Below are positions 24,421-37,500 of a DNA stretch of 64,000 bases, in pieces. The stretch lies in NCBI RefSeq assembly GCF_902652985.1, contig NC_047019.1, positions 14,254,097 to 14,318,096 of the forward strand, given 5' to 3'. Position 1 is the first letter of the stretch. Each line of letters starts with the position of its first letter. Below the pieces are notes generated by a model. That model searched no databases and was not told the origin of the DNA. It saw nothing but the letters and a program-made list of their open reading frames with translations. The position numbers and the translations under genes were made by a program. Source of the DNA: Pecten maximus (taxonomy: Eukaryota).

Positions 24421-24699
24421 TTAAACCATTGCTCTAACATGTATATTACAAAGACATGAGAGAGAGAAACATAGGCCTATGACCTTTGTATACGGTGCCT
24501 GGTAAAGTTTGGTTTGCATGTACAATACAAAATCAGTGGAAACACTTTTCCTCTCTGTGGTCAAAGAACTTATAATAAGAATAAGAGTCTTTGGTTCCTG
24601 GGAGTTATATAAAGTTAAACTCAAAGAGTAAGAAGTGTATAGAATAAAAAGGACAGAATGGTGTAGCAGGTTCATTGGATCTACAGGAGCGATGGCATT

Positions 24700-25140
24700 G
24701 GTACCTTGAGGTCAATTACAATTCAGTTATTTGAAGGACAATTAGGGGCTGACAAAGGGGTTGATGGACTTGGTCAGTTACAGGTCAACAAAGGTCATGA
24801 TGGACTGGGTCAATTACTGGTCATAAAGGGGCTTTTGGACAGGGTCAGTAAACGGTCAACATTTGTTTGATAGACTCAGTCAGTTACTGGTCAACAGGGG
24901 ATATGTTGATGGATAGGGTCAATTACTGGTCAATAGGGGTGTTGATTGACTGGGTCATGATCAGTAACTGGTCATCAAGAATGTTGATGGATTGGGTCTA
25001 CTGGTCAGCAAAGGGACTGATGGACACGGTCAGTAAATGGTCAATAAGGGGCTGATGGACTAGGTCGTCTACTGGTCAACAAAGGGGCAGAGTGACAGGA
25101 TCAGTACCTTGTCAATAACAAATCTTATAGACATGGTCAG
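24700..25140. repeat. Minisatellite with a unit of about 37 bp (ggtcagttactggtcaacaaaggggctgatggact)
   Basis: Direct repeats. ORF 24867..25055 is a repeat translation. Confidence 0.85.
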
Positions 25141-25414
25141 TTACTGCTGGTCAACAGAAAATTATGTATGTATAGCAAGACACACTGTTACAACACAGGT
25201 GAATTAATTGTATATTCGTGTCAAGACACAGTACTGTGTGATACATGTTAATTTGATGTCTTTCATTTTATTTCAGGTTTGCCTTATAGTTATCTTCAAT
25301 TCATAGGTGAACTGCTGAGTTACATTTAAATTTATAAATCTCAGTCGGTGTGTGTTACGATATACTGGTATTGACAGAAGAGGTCCTTAGTGACCTGAAA
25401 TCCAAAGTGTCACC

Positions 25415-25546
25415 ATGGCAACAGTATTTGGAGGTTGCCATGTTGTCCTTGACCTGACGACAAGTGTCAACTTTAAAAAGAAACAGGAAATTCGTAAAAA
25501 GATCACAGAAAATGATGGAATTGTTTCCTACATCGTAACGAAACAG
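25415..25546 (+). CDS. PARP4: PARP4 exon 1, coding (start codon; BRCT N-terminus)
   Basis: Kozak caccATGg. The 44 codons end at CAG|gtatgt. Confidence 0.8.
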
Positions 25547-28500
25547 GTATGTAATCTTAAAAGCATGTGATCATGGCAGAGTACAGGTACCGAAGTACCA
25601 AAATTTGTAAACCGTGCATTTATAATACTTAATCTAATGTACCTGATAATTTCTAAATACTTAAAATCATACTGAATCTTATGCCCTGCCCGACTAGTTA
25701 ACAGAATATCTGTTTGTAAGGTGTGTGCCCATGCATATATATTTATCATCTTTTTAAGAATTTTTAATTTTAGAAAATTGGAATTCTAACTTCACACATA
25801 TCTGCTTCATATTTAGACATACATATGTAATTTTATTGAATAGATTGATGCTTGTTTATGGCATATATACTGTCTTTTAATAAAACCATTTGACATAAAA
25901 CATATCTTAATCTGAGCAAGTAAATGTCTCCAGTTTAAAATTGTTTTTGTATATTAAACACTTCCAACAAACAGAATTGTATTATTTTTTTTTTGCAATA
26001 ATTGAATATTTAGTTATTGAGAAATTTGATAAAAGCCTTAATAAAGTGGTATAGATGAATTAAGGGTTAGTAATACAATATGATAAATCAACGTTCCCAT
26101 TACAACTTAAAGATCATGATAGACATTTTAAAAATAAAACCGCATTTGTTTTCCCAGAGTACTCATGTCATATGTAACGACCCTGCTAAAGCAGACATCA
26201 GCTACAAGTGTAAGATGGCACAGAAGTATGGCATCCCTGTTGTGTCAGTCAGCTTCCTGTATGACTGCGTTGAGAAAGGGAGACTACTCAGTACTGACGA
26301 TTACCTGGTTGTTGGCAAAACAAGGTCTCAGAAACTTGGCTCTGGTAGAATTGCAGGTAAAGAAATATATCACAATCATTTATGATAATACATTGTTCCT
26401 TGAAACCTTGCATATATAATTAGTCCCCTGCCGTTTGAAAAACGGGGGGACTATAGGTTTACCCTCCGTCCGTCCGTCTGTCTGGCCGTCTGTCTGTCTG
26501 TCTGTCACGCAATAGTTGTCCGGACAACTCCTTCTAAAGTACTACTCCGATTTTAACTAAACTTGGTATACATGATTAGTATAACATGTAGTTGTGCATC
26601 CCACAATTTTTTTTTCTTCGAAAAACCGATTTTCAAAATGGCCGCCGGCTTCTCATTGGTTGAGGCTTGTCCGGACAACTCCTCCTAAAACTACTCCGAT
26701 TTTAACACAACTTGGTATGCATGATCAGTATAACATGTAGTTAAAGCAATGGGAAATAAATAGGTGCACTCCTAGGTCAGGCAGGGGACTTTGTATTGCT
26801 GTTGCAATACTATCCATCCTTGTTATATATATATATGAAGTGATAGGATGCTTATTGAACAGACTACTTTGAGATAATTCTGGATACAGTATTTCATTTT
26901 TATTCTTCGTGTAAGTTATGTAGTATGTTTGGCTGTATCTGAAAACTGTAATTAACAAGCAACTTCATTTCTTGAAACATCTTGCATATTTCTTAGGTTA
27001 TTTAAAAAGCAAATCTCTTTAAAATTAAGCTAAGGATTTGAGAAATTGCAGGAGCATGGGGAATATTTGATATATTTTCCTCTTATTATACACCTTTCAG
27101 ACAGTAGCAAGTACAAGGTACCAATTCTGGTTGAATTTATTTCACAGAGATCATGAAAAAAATGATAAATTGATTGTTTTTCAAATATCAGATCTGCGGT
27201 AAATATGCAATAAGTGACCCTGGGATGAATATATTCATTGTTTCAGCTACAAAGTACCAGATCCTTGGAAAGAGGAAGAAGTCCTCCTTCTATCCTGGAG
27301 GAGTGAAAGCATGGCCACTACAGGAAAAACATACCCCTATATTTAACAGTACCAAATACCAGGTGGCAAAATATGCAGTATTGAAGGTAAGGACACTGGG
27401 ATGTTTATTATAAGTCCCATTCTTCACAGCAGACTTTGTCACGATCTAGGGCATGCAAATATCACATACCTGAGCATGTACTGAAGAATCAATCTATAGA
27501 CCAATTAAGTACAAGCAGAATATTTCCAGTTGTCTTATTTAACAGGTTTTACATCCACTTGTCGGCCACATTCTCCTTTAATTTAAGGGTATAGAGGGCA
27601 TGTTTGCTAACTGTTTGAAATTTCCTTTTGCCTGGGCAGGGTTGGGATGGGAGTGGATGACATCAGAAAAGAACCTTTATAGACATCTTTCGGAATACAT
27701 AAATATTTCATATTTGTTACTGCTCTTTTTCCAGTATCAGTTGGATTGTTTAAGGATTAACTTGACGTGTTAAGGTGATTTAACACAAAAAGCAGTGTGC
27801 TGTTAATAAACAGCAAAGTGATTGATGATGAGAATACAATCCAGCTTGTTATTATTACTCAAAGTAAAATAAAAAACTATATACATGTTAATCCTTATAT
27901 TAATTTGATTATACACAATCCCTATGGAAATCCACTTTTATTGATGGACTCTTATAAATTATGCCACTGTATAATAGGCCAGTATAAAGCGACTTTACAA
28001 ATATCTTGGACTGATAACATAAATTCTAAGCCAATGAAAATGCATGTTGTATACAAAATCAGATTCTAAGCCAATGAAATTTAATGCTTGTTGTACAAAA
28101 TTATAAGAAACAGATTAAAATTTTTACAGATAGCCTGTATTTAATTAAGTTTGGTCCAAGAATCATGAGTCTAACTCTGAAACATGATGGGTTATGCAAG
28201 TATTATTCTAAAGAGGATTTTCACCAAAATATTGACAGTTGCCACAAATTTAACTACATCTGAACTCATATTACACATGAAAATATGACACTTTTTGTTG
28301 AAGTAATTTTTGTAGATGAAAAATTTCTTCAGTTCAATCTTGGTTTTATTGTTTCAGAAATATGTGAAGAGTGCCGGAAGAACGTTTTTCTGTGTGCTGG
28401 AGGTTCATGTCACTGAGGAACGTGACCTTCTGCCTGGACAAATCTACAGATTCAGGGTGTCGAAGCACCATGGCAACCTTAAAAACATCCAGGTATATGA

Positions 28501-31500
28501 AAATATACAGGAACATCAATAATAATACTATGTTAATGAGAGCTGAAAATAAGTAGATAAAATATGTTAGGTTCAAAACTTGACAGTGTACAAAATATAA
28601 TTAAATTTTCTCTATTTTTCTTATATGGACAAGTCAATATTTTGTGGTGTACATGGCATTTATTTCAAAGTTGATAAATTACGTAAAGAAAACTTTTTTT
28701 TAGTTTATTCTAATAAGAGAAAATTATGTTTAAATAGGATGATAAAGGGTTATAGAACTATTTAACTTGCTCCACAGGAAGGAAAACCTGAGAAAATGGA
28801 ATGTTACTATGTTGAGACTTCGGAGGAAGCTACCAAGATGTACAGTTTTCTATACAAACAGCAGACAGACCCCCCAAATCTAATGGAGGTGTCCCATGAT
28901 GCACCTCCGAGGGGTGTGGGCACCTTGAATTTTCAAAAGGTTAGTAGATCTCTGAATTCAACAAATAATGTCAATATATTTATACAGCAAAATGAAGATT
29001 TTAACAAAATGACAGTTTTTAACTTACAATGGGAAGGTCCTGAAGTTATCAGTCAACTTAAAGATTTTCAAATCTCGGCGAACAAGAGTTATTAGATATA
29101 AATTGATATAACTTGTTTCTCAATTGTTGTAAATAAAGTTTATACAGATTTTCATTAAGGACGGTTTTTAAATGTTGATTTCATGGAAGCTAAATATGAT
29201 GTGCAATATGTTAAAGAGCTGTAATAAGAATCGTTATAATACTTCTTGATTTAACAGATGATGGTCACATTTGGACTAGAGAAAGCAGAGTTGTCCACCC
29301 CTGTCTGTGAACTAGTAGAGGGGATATGGAAGGAAGCTTACTCTGATCTGTCTGACATCCTAACCTCACCGAGCTCAGTCAAACTAGAACAGGTCCGTTA
29401 ACTACCACCACTGATACAAATAAATAAAATGATTTATCTGACATCCTAACCTCACCGAGCTCAGTCAAACTAGAACAGGTCAGTTAACTGACACCATCAC
29501 TTATAATACAAATAAATAAAATGATTTATTAAGATTTATTTATTTATTTATATTTCATTAATTAAATAATAGATTAAATTATAAATTAATTAATTAATCA
29601 TTTTATTTATTTATTTTGGGAAATGAATGTTTCTTCCTTTACTTTAATGTTATTTCACTGATGCTTCTGCTCCAGCAAATCCCAAAATTCCATTATGCTT
29701 TTCAATGTATCATTTCTGCCTCAGTTATTCTTCGCTGATCGATTCTTTAAGAAAAAAGGTTAGAAAACGGGAGATCAAAATTTAACTTAATAAATTAAAC
29801 AGGTTTGTACCAAACTAAGGTTAGAATACTACATCCCTGAAAGTGGCCTAGATTGATTAGGCCTTGTACATTGGACAATATTTTATGTCGAATGTTTTAG
29901 ATTGAGAAAGCTGAAGCATTGCTGATGAAGCTGAGAAGTCAACCAGAAGACAAAGAGTCTGTCCTTAGTGAGTTCTACTCCACTCTCCCACACAACACTA
30001 AGGTGTCTGTCAGCGGGGTGAACAATGCCTGGTTGTCTAGTGAGCAGGATATCTGTCAGGTAAGCACAGTCCGTCCGTATCATTTAAACATTGGCTATGA
30101 GATCACATGATATCTGTCAGGTAAGTACAGTTCATTTCATTTAAACATTGGCTATCTGATGTTAAGATAATGATATCTAACCTGTAATCTTCGATAGGTG
30201 GTTGGGTGGCACAGTGGTAACACACTTGCCCTTCACCTAAGCGGCTGAGGTTCGATTCCCTGTTCGGACGTGAAAAGGTATGGGGTCACCTAACCAACCA
30301 CGAGGGTTTTCCCTGGGTACTCCGGTTTCCTCCAACAGTAAGACCCCTCGTGCACTTCCATCCGGGCCAACAAGCGTGATTAATATAAGTTAATATAACT
30401 TGTTTCGCAATTGTTGTAAAATAAATAAAGTTTACAAACTTCGATGTAGCCCGAGATTCCTCTGGCCCTGACATCATGTCTGGTATCACATAATTATATA
30501 CTATATCACTACATCAAATTTTTCTTTTTTCGCTCCATTGTGCTATGATAGGGTGATTGGCGAAACCGTGACCTACATATATAGTTTGCAATATGGTGTC
30601 AAATCAAGTGTGAAATTTTGACCAGTGTAAAGCGAGGGTCTATACAGACAAAATAAAACATTGATACAGGACCATCTGGGTGTTTAGGGGTAGATAAATA
30701 TCTTATTTACCCATAAATGCAAGTTAGGTGTTATGTCATGCCAAATTTCATTTTATCTGCACCAAAATCTTACCAACACCAAACGATGTCAGAGAATTCC
30801 ACGTTTTCATATAGTAGTGAGCGCTGGCCTTACACCAGACATGGTATCAGGGCCAGAGGAAACTTGGGGCTTACTTTGATGTTAACTGACATTAACAATC
30901 AACATATTTTAGATTTTTTTTTTTTTTTTTCCAAACAGCATGAAATAGCAGGAAAGCAAACCCTGTGGATCTCTTGCTTTCGCGAAACAATAAACACGAA
31001 ATGTTGCATGTTCTATCAAAATACAGTGAAGCCAGCTCAAAGAAAAAATCATGGTTTGCTGATTAAAAATGAAAAAAAAATAATAACCATTTCCAGGACT
31101 TTTGATAAACCTTTGAGAAAATTTTGGCTCTCTAAAATTAATTTTGAAGTTTTGGTTTTAGTTGAATTTTTTTTCTATTTGACACATATTTTGAACTTTC
31201 TTTTGCTGGAAATTGTGGTTTGACTCCCATAATTGATGTAAGTCAATGAACAACTGAAGACCCCCGATTTAAGGTTGTATATCTAAATGTTTTTAAGGTG
31301 ATGAAGGACATGCTGACGGTCAGTGAAGCTACCGGCTGGTCACTTCGAGGGTCAACAGAGTCCAAGTACCGTGCCCTTAGGTGTCAGATAGAACATAGAG
31401 CCCCTGATCACCATGTGTACAAGACTGTCAAGGCCCTCGTTAACAAATCCCTGGATGGGTATATACTTTTTTCCTGATCATACAGTAGATGTAGAAATAG

Positions 31501-34500
31501 AATTCTTTGTCTCTGTAATGAATAACAAGTAAGCTTTTTGTTTTATTATTAATAATAGTTTGTAAATGCTTGCATTAGTCATACATGAATGTTTAAAATT
31601 AAAGAAATTATTCTTATAAATACTAGTTTTAACATCAAGCATGCTTTGAATTGTAACTCTTCTAGCTGATCAAATATTGGTTCTAAAAAGATTGTAATTA
31701 CCTTCAATTGAGTTGGTACAGTAAAACCGTGAAGTCATGGGATCATGAAAAACTTTTGAGTTTCAATGTAGATGTTTTGGTATTAACGGGGTCTTCAACT
31801 TATCCGAGTTTGAGTTAACAAAGTTGAATGTATGTAGTATAAGTTCTGCGTTTATATCCCTCAAAATTGTTTGTAGTTAATTAAAAGTACAGTTTTATAC
31901 AAGATATGAAAAGCTTCTGTTACATTCTGTTACAACAAAATTTTTTAAATGTTTACTGATTTTTTTTAGGAGTACCAGACTGAACATCGTGAACGTGTTT
32001 GAGGTACAGAGACAGATGGAGGAGGATAACTTTACCGATGAGATCTACGGTCAGACACTTTTGTTTCACGCCTCCAAACCCAACAACTTTGTTGGGATCC
32101 TGTCCAGGTAATGACCTACAAACATTTCACTGTCACTTACCCATGATAAAAACCCCAGGGAGTCAGTGTGCTTACCCATGATAAAAACCCCAGGGAGTCA
32201 GTGTGCTTACCCATGATAAAAACCCCAGGGAGTGTATATATGGTCCTTGAATTAATGTGATGGTAAGAACATAGTAGTCTTTTCTTATAAACACAGGTGG
32301 TTTTATCACAATCATTAATGTGCAGCGCCACACACCAGCAGAAAAGTTACTCTGACCCATATAGGTATTAAATTGGCTGATTTACATTTTATGAAACTAA
32401 ATGATAATGGATCGATTAAAATTGTCTATGCTGAACCAGATATCTGTGCATTATCTTCCACAATCCGAAGAAAAGACTGATAATGGGCAAGTGACAGCGG
32501 ACAACAACTGTCCAGTCTCTGTGGCCAAATCCATCACAACAACGGACAACCGTTTATAGGACACAGTAGATCCGGTAAATAATGTCGAACTGCAGCAGTG
32601 TCGAGAAGAAAATCCTGTACTAATAGACTCTGATGTAGAGGGCGCTGATGATGGTCCCTGTTACCTACCGAAATTTCTCTGCCCAAGTTCCAATCCTATA
32701 TGCTGAAGTGCATGAAATGCTGTTGTAAAAAAACTGCTAAGAATGCAAGTTGTTTGTTCCTCATACAATATGTGATGATTACATTGGGTTCCCTAGGGGT
32801 CTACTGATGCCAAAGATGGTTGTGGACGACTTCGGAGGGAAGAGGACAGATGCTGGAATGTTGGGAGCAGGCATCTACTTTGCGAGTGCTGCCAGGTAAG
32901 TGTGTACAGGTAAAATGGAGTTGTAAGTGTATACAGGTAACAAGTAAAAGGGAATTAGGTTTTAGAGAGGTAAACATGAAAAGGAATAACATGTGCTAGC
33001 ACTTGATACAACGTATCAAAAAACAATAACATTTTGATTTTAGGATTTTCATCTCTAGCGATGAATGGTTATTTAGAATTGACCCTAATTGAGAATTTAC
33101 CTTCTCACAAAAATCTGAAATACAATACAGCTACAAACCTCATTGTTTATCTGCAGTAATATATGAACTACTAATTATTGACTTTGACAAACTTATTTGT
33201 GAACTATTTTAAGAAGGTATTCTTGACGTCACTACAGTATCCATGGGAACATACATTAAGTAATTAGCATAATTACTGCAAATAAGCCCTTGCCACAAAT
33301 AAGCCCCCTTCTTCATTTTTACAGAATCATCAATTTTGAAATAAGTAAGCCAAAATTTGTTCACAAATAAGCCCTCCCCGAACTTTTATGACCTAACTTT
33401 TTCTTGACTAGGGGAGGAGAATCATTTGAGGACATACACAGTATATACAAATTTTACATCTTTCCAGTACGAGTGTTAAGTACTCACAGGTCAGTAAGAG
33501 TCGGGGTACGAGGATGATGCTGGTTAATAAGGTGGCTCTGGGTAAATGTATGGACCTGTATAAACACGACCAGACACTCACCAAGGCTCCAGACGGTTAC
33601 TTCAGTGTCCACGGTGTGGCAAAGACATCGAACAAACCATCAGACTTCACGGTAAGGCGTTGCCACGATTTACATTTCATCAAGGTACAAACTTACTGAT
33701 GGAAGCTATATATGTATGTAGCCTTTATTATGTAGACAGTGGAGCTAGGGAGGTTCAGACTCCATACTTTCTTTACATCCGATAAAATTTCAAATCTGGT
33801 AATTTTGGTAGAATGATAGAACACTTCCCATTGTTAACCGACCCCCAAGACATTTCTTCAAGGTTTCAATTATGTCTTAGTGAGATGCATTTGTTGAACA
33901 TTGGTACGTTTTTTGTTTTTTTTTTAATTTTTCAAATCGGTCAACATTTGTACAGTGGAGAATAGCCTTACTAACCATTTTTAGATATTCCTCTCCCCAC
34001 TCCAATAAACACATATTTTTCATGTGTTGAATAAAAATATGAAAGAACAAAATTGATTCTGATTTTTCATCTTCTCTCAAAAAGTTGGAGATCATACAAA
34101 GAATTTTCATTCACACAATTATGCCATTTCTTGTAGAGCATACCTCAAACATTGTTAGTGATTTTGTTGGTTCTGTAGGAGGATGAGTATGTAGTGTACT
34201 CGCCAGACCAACAGAAGATGTGCTACCTGGTGGAGTTTACTGTTGGTAGTGAGATACCTAAACCAATGGACATTGTACCAACAGAGGACGCCATGGATAT
34301 GAACACCCAAGCTACATTTGACAAAATCAGTAAGTTTTTAATCTTAATTGTAAAGAGACTGATTATTTAAAAGGTATTTTCATTTACTCACGAATTAATT
34401 TTATTTTCACCAATTGTTTTTGTCTAGAAAATCAAGAAATTTGTTTGTTAGTACAAAGTTAAACTTTGCATTAACAAAGAAATTTTCTTGATTTTAGATG

Positions 34501-37500
34501 TCTTAGATATACATAAATTGTTACTGACAAGTCAGTGTAATGATTTCCTGCCTTTGAAATGGAATTTCACAACTGAAAAGGTAAACTTTTGAACAGAAAC
34601 AAATTATTTTGGAAACTGTGATGGATTCTTATTATATCTTTTATACAAATCTGGAAAATACATGACATTCATGATCAGTCAATTGTTACACTATCACGAC
34701 TTGAGATTTTGAAATATGACCTTTACCTTTTAGACAAGGTCACCCTCCTCTGCTGAAGAAGAAACAAAATGATAGAGTATAACCTTGACATTTTACAAGA
34801 AAGTCATAAACTTGTACCTTGTAAAGCATTTTACAAATTATGACAAAAAAACAAAACAAAAAGCATTATAATTTTGAAATAATATTAAACCAGTGTATTA
34901 TGTTATATAAACTACATGTTTTAGATCTAAAAGATGTGAAAGATGTATTGGACCCCATGTCAAAGGTCAAATCGGGACTGGTGGCTGATGGGAAGGAAGT
35001 TAATCCTGTGGAACTAGAGGATGTAAATGTATTTGCTAAAATGATGGATCTTGTGGCAGAGGTAATCAATTTTTATGACAAATGATTGTGTAAACTGGTG
35101 TTATTATAACGAGAAAAGAAAAAAAAAATTTCTTGTTAATATTTTATATGCATTTGACAACTGATTAAAAAATGAAAATTCCATGCAACTAAACATTTCC
35201 CCTCTATATGATCTAATAATTCTGGGTTTTAGAAAGTTATAATGATAAATCAATTCTACTATTGATTAGTGTTATCTGGTATCATATAAAATGGAGTGGT
35301 GACCTTGACATTTTAGACAAGGTCACTCCCCTCTGCTGAAGAAATTGATATCAGAGTATAACCTTACATTTTAGGAGAAAGTCATAAACCTGTATAGTAA
35401 CTAATATGTGGTAATTAAAAGATCATTTAAATTTCACAGAATTTTCATGGAAATTAAATAAAATAACTACCTGAGATTTTGAAATATGACCTTGACCTTT
35501 TTCAGGTGAAGGTCTTACAAGTTTACCACAACAAGAGTAACGAAATGTTGGAGGGGAAGTATGTGTTCCCTCTAGACGAGATGGCCGCAGTGTGTGGGTT
35601 TGAAGCTTACATCAATGACAAGCATGTGGTAGGGGAGGTGAAGGAAAAAGAGACGGCACACAAGGAGTACAAGAAGGCCATTAGTGAGGGCCATGGAGCC
35701 TACCTCATGGACCAGGACGAAGAATCACCGGTATGTTTAAAACTTAAGCAGTTTCATATTAAAGAAGTTATGAAGTATCATTTCAGTGGCAAATTCTGGC
35801 AACAATATGTCGTCTGATAAAATTGGAAATGGTTTCTTTTGCCTTAGATTAATTTTTGAGCATATTTACATTTTGCAAGACTTTGTCTGGTTTTCTTTTG
35901 TTGTTTTTTTCGTTTTTTTTTTTTTTTCAATAAATAAATTTAAACCAAATGTGTATAAGATGGCACTTTCTTTACTGTATAGGGATGTATTTATGTCCCC
36001 ACCATGAAATAAGAGGGCATATACGTAGTGTTACCCATGTCCGTCCCGTCCCGATGTAAACTGTAACTAGCTATTCTCAGGAACTGCTGATGTGATGCTA
36101 ACCAAACTTTGTATATATAATGGGTATAATGTCGTGTTGTCCACCTAACCAAACTTTGTATATATAATGAGTATAATGTCGTGTTGTCCACCTAACCAAA
36201 CTTTGTATATATAATGAGTATAATGTTGTGTTGTCCATGTAACTCTTTATTCACGGATCAAACATCCAATACATCTGACATTGTTGTGTTTCGGGGTGTT
36301 TATTGGCAATATATCTTCTAATAGATTTTTACTTTGGATCTTACTTTTAATTACCATTGATAAGTAAAGAGTTCTTAATAATCTACCTTATACAAAATGT
36401 GAATGAGGAAGTTTTGATGTAAAGCAGTATTTCAGATGAAGTATTTGATAAATATAGATGATGGATTAGAATTGATGTCCTATATATATTGATATCTATA
36501 ACAATATATCTGTGTTATTTTGTAACCTTCACCTCTGATGTCCTATATATATTGATATCTATAACAATATATCTGTGTTATTTTGTAACCTTCACCTCTG
36601 ATGTCCTATTTATATCTATAACAATATATCTGTGTTATTTTGTAACCTTCACCTCTGATGGCCAATATTATTATATATTGATATTTATAACAATATATCT
36701 GTGTTATTTTGTAACCTTCACCTCTGATGTCCTATATATATTGATATCTATAACAATATATCTGTGTTATTTTGTAACCTACACCTCTGATGTCCTATTG
36801 ATATTGATATCTATAACAATATATCTGTGTTATTTTGTAACCTTCACCTCTGATGTCCTATTTATATCTATAACAATATATCTGTGTTATTTTGTAACCT
36901 TCACCTCTGATGTCCTATATATATTGATATCTATAACAATATATCTGTGTTATTTTGTAACCTTCACCTCTGATGACCTATTGATATCTATAACAATATA
37001 TCTGTGTTATTTTGTAACCTTCACCTCTGATGTCCTATATACAGTCAAACCTCGATGATTCGAACTTCGTTGATTCGAATTTCTCGCTGTATCGAACTTT
37101 TTGCTTGGTCCCGAATTTTCTCACTATATAACACTACTAACGAAACTATGTATGATTCGAATTTTTATAAATCGAAGTTTTCGATGTATCGAACTTTTTT
37201 CATGACCCGTTAGCTATGATATTATAGGTAATTGACATCTCATGATTCGAACAAAAAATTTACCTGTACTGACCACTGGACAGGTGTTTGTCGTGACCCC
37301 TGCGGCAAGATTTCACACCTCTCCCCCAAATGCCCTGACTGACAATAGGGATAACGATAGCGTGTGTTGTCACTCCCGGTCATGGGGTTTATTAATAATC
37401 AGATCAAATTGATAGATAAAAAGTGTATTTAGAAGCCATGACATTTAATCGCTCCGGTAAAACATTTCGGTAGTCGTCTCTGATCATCTCCGCCGCCATT

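Noticed and set aside
30717-31223. 168-aa + ORF
   Set aside because: It lies in a PARP4 intron, overlaps the inverted SINE tail and a poly-T tract, and has low complexity and no homology.
34497-34580. Possible 83-nt PARP4 exon (…[27 protein letters not shown])
   Set aside because: It has AG/GT flanks, but its phase (1 in, 0 out) is incompatible with the next exon at 34925, which requires phase 1. Including it breaks the frame.
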